From the NCBI GenBank assembly GCA_016192915.1, contig JACPTF010000002.1, forward strand, positions 131,530 through 195,529: 64,000 nucleotides of DNA. Reading direction: 5' to 3'. Positions 47,055-56,200 of the stretch are shown in pieces; the first letter of the stretch is position 1, and every line of letters starts with the position of its first letter. The position numbers and the translations under genes were made by a program. A model generated the notes under the pieces. The model was not told where the DNA came from and made no database searches. It saw nothing but the letters and a program-made list of their open reading frames with translations. Origin of the DNA: Candidatus Woesearchaeota archaeon (lineage in GTDB: Archaea > Nanobdellota > Nanobdellia > Woesearchaeales > UBA10216).

Positions 47055-47125
47055 ACGGCAGTGGTCCAGTGGTAGGACAAAAGCTTCCCAAGCTTTTAAT
47101 GCGGGTTCGATTCCCGCCTGCCGTA
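47055..47125 (+). tRNA. tRNA-Gly (anticodon CCC)
   Basis: Acceptor stem ACGGCAG/CTGCCGT, D arm GTCC-AGTGGTAG-GGAC, anticodon stem AAAGC/GCTTT with loop TTCCCAA, T arm GCGGG-TTCGATT-CCCGC. A TATA-like CTTTAAATC sits about 25 bp upstream, and no CCA is encoded. Confidence 0.85.
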
Positions 47126-47158
47126 CTCATTAAAGTTATATACTGACTGGCATTAGCT

Positions 47159-47836
47159 GTGTTTATGGAGCTGCCCCAAGAAAGTTTTGAAGAGCTTCTG
47201 AGCAGTCGCAGGCTGCGCATTTCACTTGTTGGAATGTCCAACGTTGGCAAGACTCGCAGAGTCAAGAGCCTTGTCGCAGACACTTCCTTGAACTTTATCC
47301 GGGTTTGCGGCGACGACCTTATTGAAGCCAAGCTTAAACCTTTTCTGGAAGGGAAAGGCTTCCGTGGCGTCAACGGTGTTGCTGCGTGGATGGGCCAGCC
47401 TTACGAAGCCCGCTACCCTGAAACCCAGCGGCTTTTTCTGGAGTTTGAGGAGGAGGCGATGGCGGAGATTGATTACTCTGTTGGCAAGAACATGGTTGTT
47501 GACACCACCGGCAGCGTCATTTACCTCTCCCAGCAGGCACTGAAACGGCTGAAAGAGAACACACTCATCATTTACCTGGAAGCAACAGAAGACGTCAAGA
47601 AAATGTTGTTTGAAAGATACATTTCCAACCCGAAGCCCGTAGTCTGGGGCAGCAGCTTTAACAGAAAGGGAAGGGAAAGTGATTTGGAAGCGCTTAAAAG
47701 ATGCTATCCTCAGCTGCTTGACTACAGGGCAGCAAGGTACGAGCAGCTGGCTGATATAGCTGTTCCGCATTACATTCTTCGCGACACAACAGGGCAGCAG
47801 TTTTTGGAAGAGGTAAGAAAGAGGCTGCGCCCTTAG
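47159..47836 (+). CDS. P-loop NTPase/kinase-like protein, family uncertain
   Basis: Walker A LVGMSNVGKT; about 225 aa. Confidence 0.45.
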   Translation: MFMELPQESFEELLSSRRLRISLVGMSNVGKTRRVKSLVADTSLNFIRVCGDDLIEAKLKPFLEGKGFRGVNGVAAWMGQPYEARYPETQRLFLEFEEEAMAEIDYSVGKNMVVDTTGSVIYLSQQALKRLKENTLIIYLEATEDVKKMLFERYISNPKPVVWGSSFNRKGRESDLEALKRCYPQLLDYRAARYEQLADIAVPHYILRDTTGQQFLEEVRKRLRP

Positions 47837-47871
47837 TAAACTTTTTAATACGACCCCTTTTCCACCACAAT

Positions 47872-48612
47872 ATGCCGAACATAAAGGAATTAACAACCAA
47901 GATAGAAAATATCATCACATATTCGGAAAACCTCAGGGTTCTCAGGCTCAGGCTTCCTGAAGGCAGCGGCTTTTCGTTTGTTCCAGGCCAGTTTGTGATG
48001 GTTTCCCTTCCAGGCCTTGCTGACGCCAATGGCAGAAAGATAGCAAAGGCTTACTCTATAGCATCCTCTCCATCACAAAGTGGCATTCTTGAGCTTTGCA
48101 TAGTAAGCTACCCAGCGGGCGCCCTGTCCCCGAAGGTGTTCCAGAAAAACATCGGTGACGAGGTTGTTGTGACAGGGCCTTACGGCGTATTTCAGCTTAA
48201 GCAGCCTGTCCACCCAGGCACTGTTTTTATGGCTGGAGGCACAGGCCTTGCCCCTCTGATTAGCATGCTTAGGTCGCTTTATGCTGAAGGCTACAAGGAA
48301 AAGTTGTGGCTTTTTTACAGTGCCAGCGAGCCAAAGCTGTTCCTGTTCAGGGAAGAGATTCTCGGATACGCTAAACATAATAACCTGCAGCTTGTTGTTT
48401 CAACCAGCAATGGCAACTCTGAATGGGTGTGGGAAAAGGGAAGGGTAACCGAGACGTTCCCTAAACACCTGCAGCAGCTGCAGCAGGACGGCGTTCCAAA
48501 TGAGGAAAGGCAGTTTTACATCTGCGGCCCTCCGCTAATGGTCACTGATACAGTAAAAATGCTGCTTGAGCTCGGCTTCAAAAAGGAGAACATCCACAAG
48601 GAGCAGTGGTAG
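47872..48612 (+). CDS. FNR-family FAD/NAD(P)-binding oxidoreductase
   Basis: RAYSIAS FAD motif and GGTGLAP NAD(P) motif; 246 aa. Confidence 0.7.
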   Translation: MPNIKELTTKIENIITYSENLRVLRLRLPEGSGFSFVPGQFVMVSLPGLADANGRKIAKAYSIASSPSQSGILELCIVSYPAGALSPKVFQKNIGDEVVVTGPYGVFQLKQPVHPGTVFMAGGTGLAPLISMLRSLYAEGYKEKLWLFYSASEPKLFLFREEILGYAKHNNLQLVVSTSNGNSEWVWEKGRVTETFPKHLQQLQQDGVPNEERQFYICGPPLMVTDTVKMLLELGFKKENIHKEQW

Positions 48613-48644
48613 AACCTTTTTAACAAAAAGGTTCATCAAAAACT
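48612..48644 (+). repeat. palindrome-plus-tail motif, copy M4 (GAACCTTTTT aac AAAAAGGTTC ATCAAAAACT)
   Basis: Between the convergent FNR-like and nth genes. Confidence 0.6.
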
Positions 48645-49275
48645 ACATCTGCTTTGCAACCCCATTCTTCGGGCACAAGTTGTTGAGCATGCACTTGCTG
48701 CAAAAGGGAACTGGCGCCCTGCACACAGCCCTGCCGTGGTCTTTGAGCAGCCACGTTATCCTTTTCCACTCTGGCTTGGGAACGATTGCCATAAGGTCTT
48801 TTTCTATCTTTTCGGGATTGGTGTTTTTTGTCAGTCCAAGGCGGTAGCTCAATCGGATTACGTGGGTGTCCACGGTAATTCCGAGCACTTTACCGAAGGC
48901 GTTAATCAGGATGGCATTCGCTGTCTTTCTTCCAATCCCTGGCAGCGATGTCAGCTCTTCCATTGTTTCAGGAACTTTCCCATTGTGCTTGTTAACAAGC
49001 AGCTTTGCTGCTTCCCTGATGTTTTTTGCCTTGTTGTTGAAGAACGTGATTGACTTTATGTCGTCTTCCTTTAGTTTTGTGAAGTCTGCAGCTGTTTTGT
49101 ACTTTTGAAATAATTTAGTCGTTGCGGCATTGACAACCTCATCGCGGCATTGCGCTGACAGAATAGCTGCCACCATGAGCTGCAGAGGGTTTGAGAAGCT
49201 CAGGTAGTACTTTGAGTTTGGATACTCTTTTTTCAAAATTCTTATTGCATCTTCGGCATTTGCTGCGATTGTCAC
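48643..49275 (-). CDS. nth: endonuclease III (Nth) DNA glycosylase/AP lyase
   Basis: HhH-GPD motif (LPGIGRKTA) and C-terminal 4Fe-4S Cys cluster C-x6-C-x2-C-x5-C. Confidence 0.85.
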   Translation of the reverse strand: MTIAANAEDAIRILKKEYPNSKYYLSFSNPLQLMVAAILSAQCRDEVVNAATTKLFQKYKTAADFTKLKEDDIKSITFFNNKAKNIREAAKLLVNKHNGKVPETMEELTSLPGIGRKTANAILINAFGKVLGITVDTHVIRLSYRLGLTKNTNPEKIEKDLMAIVPKPEWKRITWLLKDHGRAVCRAPVPFCSKCMLNNLCPKNGVAKQM

Positions 49276-49359
49276 GGCATTTTCGATATTTTCATCCTTA
49301 TTAACTTTGTGGGAAAGTGGAGGAAAACTTTAAGAAAGGGCAAAAATTCTCGTCTCGTT

Positions 49360-49941
49360 ATGTCGGAATACGAGGTAAGGGTTGACAGGAAGAAGTGCAT
49401 CGGTGCAGGATTTTGCGAGAAGCTTGTGCCGAGGATGTTCAAACTCGATGTTAAGAATAAGGCAACGCTTAATGGCGGTGTGGCGGTCGATGACGAGACA
49501 GTAGCGCTGACCGTTGGTGATAATGACCTAAAGGATAGCGTAATGGCCGCCAAGGTCTGCCCTTCTTACGCTATTTCGGTTGCCAACAAAGCCACTGGGG
49601 AAAACGTGCTTGACATTGAGCCTGAAAAGCACATCGAGGTTAGGAACATACCTGCTCATTACGACAGCATGAAGGAGTGGGTGATGGACCCGCTCGGCTT
49701 TTTCACGATTAAGCCTTTCCCTGATGAAGGGGTTATCAGGGTTAGGTACTACAACGCAAAGCACCAGCTTGCAGCCCTGATAGAGGGAAAAAGCGCAGAG
49801 GAGATTTACATTACAATCTGCCGCGAGGGACTCGTATCAATTCCCAGCCACGCCGCTTATTTGGGCAGCGAGCTCCAGAAGGCGGAGATAGCCATGAAAA
49901 AGAGAATTGATTATGTGCAGGACGACCCCTTGAATATTTAG
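49360..49941 (+). CDS. ferredoxin-domain protein (N-terminal 4Fe-4S motif fused to uncharacterised C-terminal domain)
   Basis: CIGAGFC...C-P motif near the N-terminus. True start likely MSEYEV. Confidence 0.45.
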   Translation: MSEYEVRVDRKKCIGAGFCEKLVPRMFKLDVKNKATLNGGVAVDDETVALTVGDNDLKDSVMAAKVCPSYAISVANKATGENVLDIEPEKHIEVRNIPAHYDSMKEWVMDPLGFFTIKPFPDEGVIRVRYYNAKHQLAALIEGKSAEEIYITICREGLVSIPSHAAYLGSELQKAEIAMKKRIDYVQDDPLNI

Positions 49942-50939
49942 GCAACTGCATTTATTGGTTTCTTCTTCGCAAAAGCGTTAATGTTCTCAATTGTCGTGTT
50001 AAGTATCCTCACTAGTGCCTCTTTGCTGTTGAAGGCGTTATGAGGGGTTATTATGACGTTCTTGTGGTTTAGTAGCATGTGGTTCTCAAGCATCGTTTTC
50101 AGGTCGCATTCCTTCTCAAAATCCTTTGACAGAAGCTGCTTCTCCTCCTTTATGCTGTATTCCTCTTCCAGAACGTCAAGCCCTGCCGCAGAGATTATCC
50201 CGCTATTCAGTGCCTTGAGCAGCGCTTTTGTCTCAATAAGCCCTCCCCTTGCAGTATTTATCAGCATTGCCCCTCTTTTTATCCTGCTGGTGTTGCTGCT
50301 GTTTATCATGTGGCGAGTTGCCTTGTTATAGGGGCAGTGCAATGTTATTATGTCAGAGCTTTTTAGTAGCGTGTCGAAGTCAACGTATCTGAAGCCAAGC
50401 CTTTTTGCTGCCGCAGCATCTTTTTTGACGTCAAACGCAATAACGTTCATCTCGAAGCCCCTTGCTATCCTTATGACGTGTATTCCTATGTGGCCTGTTC
50501 CGACAACACCGATTGTTTTGCCTTTCAGGTCAAAACCTCTTAGGCCGTCAAGGGTGAAGTCGCCGTGCCTTGTCCTTTCGGCAGAGTCAGCTATTCTCCT
50601 TGACAGTGCCAGAATAAGCGCGAATGTGTGCTCTGCAACCGTGTTTTCGCCGTAAGTTGGGACATTGCTCACTGCAATCTTCCTTTTCTTCGCAGCCGTA
50701 ATATCTATGTGGTCGTATCCTGTTGACATAGTTGCGATAAACCTGAGCTTTGGCAGCTTTCTCAGAACTGTTTTATCAACTTTAGAATAAATAAACATGG
50801 CAGCAGTATCGCAATCTTTGACCTTTGCAGCAGTCTCTTTTGTCAGGCTGTCATCAACAAAAACCAGGGTATGCCCTTTCAGGTTCTGCTTTATGTAGTC
50901 CTTTTCCCACTCCTCGAGCTCAAAGAAAGCGATTTTCAA
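49938..50939 (-). CDS. D-isomer-specific 2-hydroxyacid dehydrogenase (NAD-binding)
   Basis: GVVGTGHIGIHV Rossmann motif and catalytic R/E/H pattern; 333 aa. Confidence 0.8.
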   Translation of the reverse strand: MKIAFFELEEWEKDYIKQNLKGHTLVFVDDSLTKETAAKVKDCDTAAMFIYSKVDKTVLRKLPKLRFIATMSTGYDHIDITAAKKRKIAVSNVPTYGENTVAEHTFALILALSRRIADSAERTRHGDFTLDGLRGFDLKGKTIGVVGTGHIGIHVIRIARGFEMNVIAFDVKKDAAAAKRLGFRYVDFDTLLKSSDIITLHCPYNKATRHMINSSNTSRIKRGAMLINTARGGLIETKALLKALNSGIISAAGLDVLEEEYSIKEEKQLLSKDFEKECDLKTMLENHMLLNHKNVIITPHNAFNSKEALVRILNTTIENINAFAKKKPINAVA

Positions 50940-50948
50940 TCTGCTGCC

Positions 50949-51389
50949 TCACTTGCTACCGGTGCTTCCGAATCCGCCCCGTGCCTTGCCCATTTGGTCT
51001 TTCTCGTCCCACTCAAACTTATCTACTTTGACAAAGATGCCCTGTGCCACCCTCTCGCCTTTGTCAACCCTGACAATGTTATCTGTGTTGTTGTAAACCT
51101 GAACTTTTACCTCATCGCCCTCGCCGCAGTAGTCGTTGTCTATAACGCCAATACCGTGCGGCTTAATCAGCCCTTTCTTCCTTGGAGTTGAGCTTCGCAG
51201 CGCCACCAGCAGCATGTAGCCAGGCGGCGTTTCGACAATTATGTTGCCGGGAATGAGTGCTATCTGCCGAGGCTGTATCTCCATATCCTCCCTTGAGTAA
51301 ATGTCAAACCCTACCGAGCCAGAGGTCTGGTAAACCGGCAGCGGCAGTGATTTATCAACGCGCTTTATCTTGACTTTCATATTGGACAA
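50949..51389 (-). CDS. dut: dUTP diphosphatase (trimeric dUTPase)
   Basis: GVIDNDYCGE and C-terminal RGGFGSTG motifs. Confidence 0.85.
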   Translation of the reverse strand: MSNMKVKIKRVDKSLPLPVYQTSGSVGFDIYSREDMEIQPRQIALIPGNIIVETPPGYMLLVALRSSTPRKKGLIKPHGIGVIDNDYCGEGDEVKVQVYNNTDNIVRVDKGERVAQGIFVKVDKFEWDEKDQMGKARGGFGSTGSK

Positions 51390-51414
51390 CTGCTTATTGG
51401 CTTTTCTTAAATGT

Positions 51415-52023
51415 TTACCCTTTTTCTGTCTGCGTTCTTGTTATTGAAAATTTTCCTTCCATTCTTCTATACCATTCTTTGGCCATATCCCACCTGTTTG
51501 TTTTCCCATCAATGAAATATAAGAATGCGGAAAACATAATATTTTCCCAGTCACCTGCCGCACCCGGAATCGGTATATTATCTAACCCTTCGTAAAATCC
51601 AAATAAGCTAGAAATACCTATTGCTAAAAATGGAAATCGAATAGGTCTGGTAAATGTGAAAAAGAGCGTTCCAGGAATATTTTTCACATCATCAAATTTT
51701 GTTGAAAACATCCTTATCCTCGGGGTTAAATAGAAAGGGTACGCGACTAAGTTGAAAAAAGCATCCCCTGCTTTGAATAATGCCGATTTAACGTTTCGCG
51801 GTTCGCTTAGCCAATAACCTGCCATACTGGCGCCGGCCATAAGACCTCCGCCTATGATGACCGCCTGCGCTACTTGATACCTGTCAACACCAGTCTTGCT
51901 TATTAGCGAAGCCAACCCATCAACAGCTGTTTTGACTGTTCGGTCAGGCAGCAGTAAAGCATTCCAGGCAATGTCGCCTAGTTTTTTCTCAATGCCCATC
52001 ACTAAAAGGGAAGTAGAATCCAT
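51415..52023 (-). CDS. hypothetical membrane protein
   Basis: 202 aa with hydrophobic segments. Confidence 0.4.
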   Translation of the reverse strand: MDSTSLLVMGIEKKLGDIAWNALLLPDRTVKTAVDGLASLISKTGVDRYQVAQAVIIGGGLMAGASMAGYWLSEPRNVKSALFKAGDAFFNLVAYPFYLTPRIRMFSTKFDDVKNIPGTLFFTFTRPIRFPFLAIGISSLFGFYEGLDNIPIPGAAGDWENIMFSAFLYFIDGKTNRWDMAKEWYRRMEGKFSITRTQTEKG

Positions 52024-52031
52024 TTAAAAAA

Positions 52032-52478
52032 TTACTTCTTTATCAGCTTCTTCAGTTCCTTCTCAAAGCTCTCGAGGTCGGCAAATTCCCTGTAGACAGA
52101 AGCAAATCTGATGTAGGCAACCTTGTCGAGCTTTTTGAGCTTCCTCATAACCAATTCGCCGACATGGCTGCTGCTTAGTTCTTTTTTCTCCTCGTTTCTT
52201 AGCTCGGCCTCTATCTCGTCAACTGCGTGGTCTATCTTTTCCTGCGGTATGGGCCTTTTCTCGCAGGCCTTAGTCATGCCGCTTCTGAGCTTCTCGCGGT
52301 TGAACGGCTCCCTTCTTCCGTCCTTTTTCACAACAACAAGGTCAAACGGCTCAATCCGTTCGTAAGTCGTAAAGCGCTTTTTGCAGCGAAGGCACTCTCT
52401 CCTGCGCCGTGTTGCCTCGTTTGCCTCGCGCTTGTCAACAACCCTGTGCTCTTCGTTTCCGCAGTAGGGGCAGTTCAT
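52032..52478 (-). CDS. nrdR: transcriptional repressor NrdR (Zn ribbon + ATP-cone)
   Basis: MNCPYCG...C..C zinc ribbon. C-terminus ...LRSGM...KLKKLDKVAYIRFASVYREF is nearly diagnostic of NrdR. Confidence 0.9.
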   Translation of the reverse strand: MNCPYCGNEEHRVVDKREANEATRRRRECLRCKKRFTTYERIEPFDLVVVKKDGRREPFNREKLRSGMTKACEKRPIPQEKIDHAVDEIEAELRNEEKKELSSSHVGELVMRKLKKLDKVAYIRFASVYREFADLESFEKELKKLIKK

Positions 52479-52493
52479 GGTATTTTCGAAGAA

Positions 52494-53042
52494 TCAGTCT
52501 CGGTTATAGTATTTATAAGTTGGCTTTTCCTCTTTGATGTTGCCCTTCTTGTTCTCAACCCTTGCCATTACATGGAAAAGCGACGAGAGCCTGTTGGCGT
52601 ATTTCAGCAGAAACGGGTTGGTTTCCTCTTTTTTTGCCAGCCTTACAAGCTGCCTTTCGGCCCTTCTGGATACTGTTCTTGCAAGGTGGAGCAGGGCTGC
52701 TTCTTTGTTGCCTCCTGGGAAGATAAATGACCTTTGCGGCTCCAGGGATCTTTCAGCATCGTCAATTATTTTTTCTATGCGTTCAACGTGTTTTTCCGTA
52801 ATCCTAGGCATGTTGTCTATTACCGCAGCGATTTCAGCGCATATGGTGTGTATGTCGTCCTGTACTGTCTTGAGAAGGCTCATTGCGTCTTCTGAGTCAG
52901 AAAATGTCCCGGCAACCCCAACAACGGCGTTGAGCTCGTCAAAGCACCCGAGAACCTCTATCCTTGTATCATCCTTTTCTATGTTGCATCTTCCGATTAT
53001 GGATGTTGTCCCGTCATCCCCTATGCACGTGTAGCATGCCAT
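52494..53042 (-). CDS. PduO-type ATP:cob(I)alamin adenosyltransferase
   Basis: DDGTTS...R...ELNA...D and a C-terminal helical-bundle pattern of the PduO/MMAB family. Confidence 0.75.
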   Translation of the reverse strand: MACYTCIGDDGTTSIIGRCNIEKDDTRIEVLGCFDELNAVVGVAGTFSDSEDAMSLLKTVQDDIHTICAEIAAVIDNMPRITEKHVERIEKIIDDAERSLEPQRSFIFPGGNKEAALLHLARTVSRRAERQLVRLAKKEETNPFLLKYANRLSSLFHVMARVENKKGNIKEEKPTYKYYNRD

Positions 53043-53065
53043 TTTTTATCGTTTTTTGGTTGAGC

Positions 53066-53129
53066 CGCAAGTCGCTAGCAACTGCGCACAGTCGAGCTAT
53101 GCTCGACTTGTGTTTTTGCTTGCAAAAAG
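53066..53129. repeat. multi-hairpin repeat element, copy C
   Basis: CGCA(A)GT/ACTGCG, CAGTCGAGC/GCTCGACTTG (bulged A) and TTTTTGC/GCAAAAA. Same module types as copy A. Confidence 0.6.
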
Positions 53130-53130
53130 G

Positions 53131-53247
53131 TCATGAGCAAATCCCCCAGCCGCATGCCTCGTCTTTGCAGCTGAAGCAGGTGCCTTCGCTTTTGATTTCC
53201 TTTTTGACATGCCCTCCACAGTTCGGGCATTCGGTTACGTCTTTCAT
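53131..53247 (-). CDS. small zinc-ribbon protein (about 38 aa), paralog of the RNR C-terminal zinc ribbon
   Basis: MKDVTECPNCGGHVKKEIKSEGTCFSCKDEACGWGIC resembles the RNR tail ...CQSCGKKTLKIENGCHSCLNEDCGFSKC. Confidence 0.45.
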   Translation of the reverse strand: MKDVTECPNCGGHVKKEIKSEGTCFSCKDEACGWGICS

Positions 53248-53270
53248 TTTCGTAAGGTGGATTTCTTTGG

Positions 53271-56200
53271 TTAAACTTCGCACTTGCTGAATCCGCAGTC
53301 CTCGTTGAGGCAGGAGTGGCAGCCGTTTTCTATCTTCAGTGTTTTCTTGCCGCATGATTGGCAGTTGCTGAGCTTCATGTCTGAAGCATAAATCTCCTTG
53401 CCGTTTCCATGCGCTTCGTGAGTTTCTTTTTTTTCAGCTGCAACAGCCACTGTTGCGAGAGGTTCGCTTACAAAATTATCCACGGCCTTTGTGAAGAGGT
53501 ACCTGTTGCCTTCCTTTTTCAGCAGGCCATTTCTCAAGGCGTGGTATGCGGTGGTGAGCCTGCCGTTTGGGAGCCCTATGACATCGTCTCCGTGAAGCAG
53601 CTTTTGCTCGCCGTCAATCTCGACATCGTGGATTTGCTCTTTGCTGTCTTGGAACTCAGACTCGTGGGTTTCTGTGCTTAGTATGGGGAATCTTGAGCCT
53701 TCCCTGTATATGGTTATGCCCTTGAGCCCGTGCTTCCAGGCATCAAGGTAAATGTTTGATATTGTTTCCGGGTCAATGTCCTCTGGCAGGTTGACTGTTG
53801 AGGAGATGCTGTGGTCTATGTATTTCTGCCATAGCCCCTGCACCACCACTCTTTTGCTCGGGTCTATGAAGTGCGCTGTCCTGAAGAAGTGCGCTGGCAA
53901 TATTCGCTTCAGCTCTTCAGCATCCTTGCATTTCTGGGCTTCTTCAGCCAGGTTGTGCTGCTGTATGTAGCCGTCAACTGTAGAGTGGAATATTTTGAAG
54001 AACATGTTGCTCCCCCCTGAGCTGAGGCCCTCTGACCTTCTGGTGTAGTAAAGGGCAAACACAGGCTCTATCCCCCCGCTTACTCCGATAAAGTTCCTGT
54101 CTCCAAGCCTGTAGCCAAGCACTATGTTTGATATTGTCCCTGTTGGGGCTATTGAGAGTATTGCGACGTTTCTGAGCCCTTTCTTCCTTATCGTTTCTTT
54201 CGTCTCATCAGTTAGTATTTCCTGGAAGAACCTTCCCCTGCTGTATGCCTCATACTCGAATATTGGCGATGGCGTTTTTTCCTCTGCCAGCTCAGCTGAT
54301 GCGTCGTATGCAGTGTTTGCGAAAAGCTTTGCGGCTTCTTCGAGTATCTTTATCCCTTTTTCGCTGTCATACCCTGTTCCGAGCTGGTTGAGCATGTCTG
54401 CTATGCCCATAACGCCAAGCCCGAGCCTTCTTGTTTCGTAAGCTGCCTTTCTTTGCTTTTCAAGCGGATTTAGAAGCTCGTTCCACGTTACAACATTGTC
54501 AAGGAACCTTACAGACAGTGCTGTTGTGTCCTTAATGCCTTCCCAGTCTATCCCTGCATTGTCCGTATATCCGTTCACAACAAACCTTGACAAGTTTACT
54601 GAAGCCAGGTTGCACGCCCCTCCGTCTTCAAGAGGAACCTCTCCGCAGTTGTGCACGACGATGCCGTTGGCTATGAAAGAGTGCGTTATTGGCTCTTGCA
54701 GGTCATAAACTTCTTTTAACCCATTAGCGTTTATGCTGCTAATGTTGTCATATGTGCTCCTGCCTTCTCTATTTGTTAAAATTTTGTTGCCGGCAGTAAG
54801 ATTCCTGGCTTCTGCCCAACCCCCGGTCGTCATTACCTTATGGTCTTTAGTGCATACCAGTTCAAAACCCTTCTGTGTTGTTATTTTCAGCGTGTCCTTC
54901 TCTCCTGTTTTAATTGCGGCAGCTATGGGAAGTAATATTTTGCCCTCTAGTACTAAGCCGTTGCCTGGCAGCATCCTGGCATCTACAGCCACATTTACCC
55001 CGCCATTGCCGTAGTTTTCAGCAATTTCCTTAATTGTCATGATTCCATTATCTGTTTCTATTTTGGTGTCGCCAGCAACGCAAGGGTTTGTGCTGGCTAT
55101 CGGCCTTCCGACGTAGTTGGATGGCGAATACTTTACCATGGTGCTCCAGAATATGAGCCCTGGCTCAGCTGTCTTGTAGTTTCCCTCTATGAATGCGTTC
55201 CATATTGTCCTTGCCTTTACCAGGCGCTTTATCTCGCCTGTTTCCCTTGCGTTATAGTAAAGCATGAAGTCCCCTGCGTGCTTTATGGCAAGGTCGAATT
55301 CTGAGCTCCTGTCATGTACTACGAAATCCCCAAACATGTCCCTTTTTGACACATCAGTGAGGTCTTTCTCTGTTATTGCCTCTGAGTTGTGCCCTGTAAG
55401 GAAGCTGTTAAGCTCTTCAAAGGTATCAAATGCCTTCATCAGCCTGTACTTTTCTATTGGCTTTGCAGGAATTCCATACGAATAGTGCACTGCCCCGCCC
55501 TGCATGATTCCGAGTCCTGATACGCTTTTGTCTTTCAGGTAGACGAGTACCTTTTCTGTGCCGTATTTGTTCTGCTCTTCTACTGCCTGCATGAACTCAT
55601 CAGTTACTTTCAGGCTGATATTGGCAAACCTGACCTGCGTGTTCTCCCTTACCTGCCGTTCTACGTCCCTTAGCTGCTGCTCGTTGAACTTGCCTGACCA
55701 TTTGCACTGCTCCACTATCTGGTTTGTTACCCAGTTCGGTACCTTCTTCACGTTGATGAAGTGCGGGCTGTCAGGGTGCTTTATGTCAATCGTCAGCATC
55801 AATGCCCCCCTTCTTCCTGACTGGCCAATCAGCCCTGTTGTTAATGAAAATAATTCCATGAATGAAACGCTTCCTGTTGACGTATCTGCAGCATTATGGA
55901 CTATCGAGCCCTTCGGCCTCAACCCAGAGATGTCCACCCCGATGCCCCCTCCATAGGAGTATGTCCTTGCGCATTCATACGCAGACTGGTATATGGCTTC
56001 TATATTATCCTCTGAAATCAGTGATACAAAGCAGTTTGCCAGTGTCTTCAGCCTGTAAAGGTCCCCCCCGCCTGCTATGACCCTGCCTCCCGGCACAAAA
56101 TAGCCCTCGTACAATGCCCTGTAGAATCTTGCAGCCCACTCCCTTTGCTTTTCTGGCGTTGGCTCAACAGCGGCCATGAAGGCAGCCAGCCTTGAGTAAA

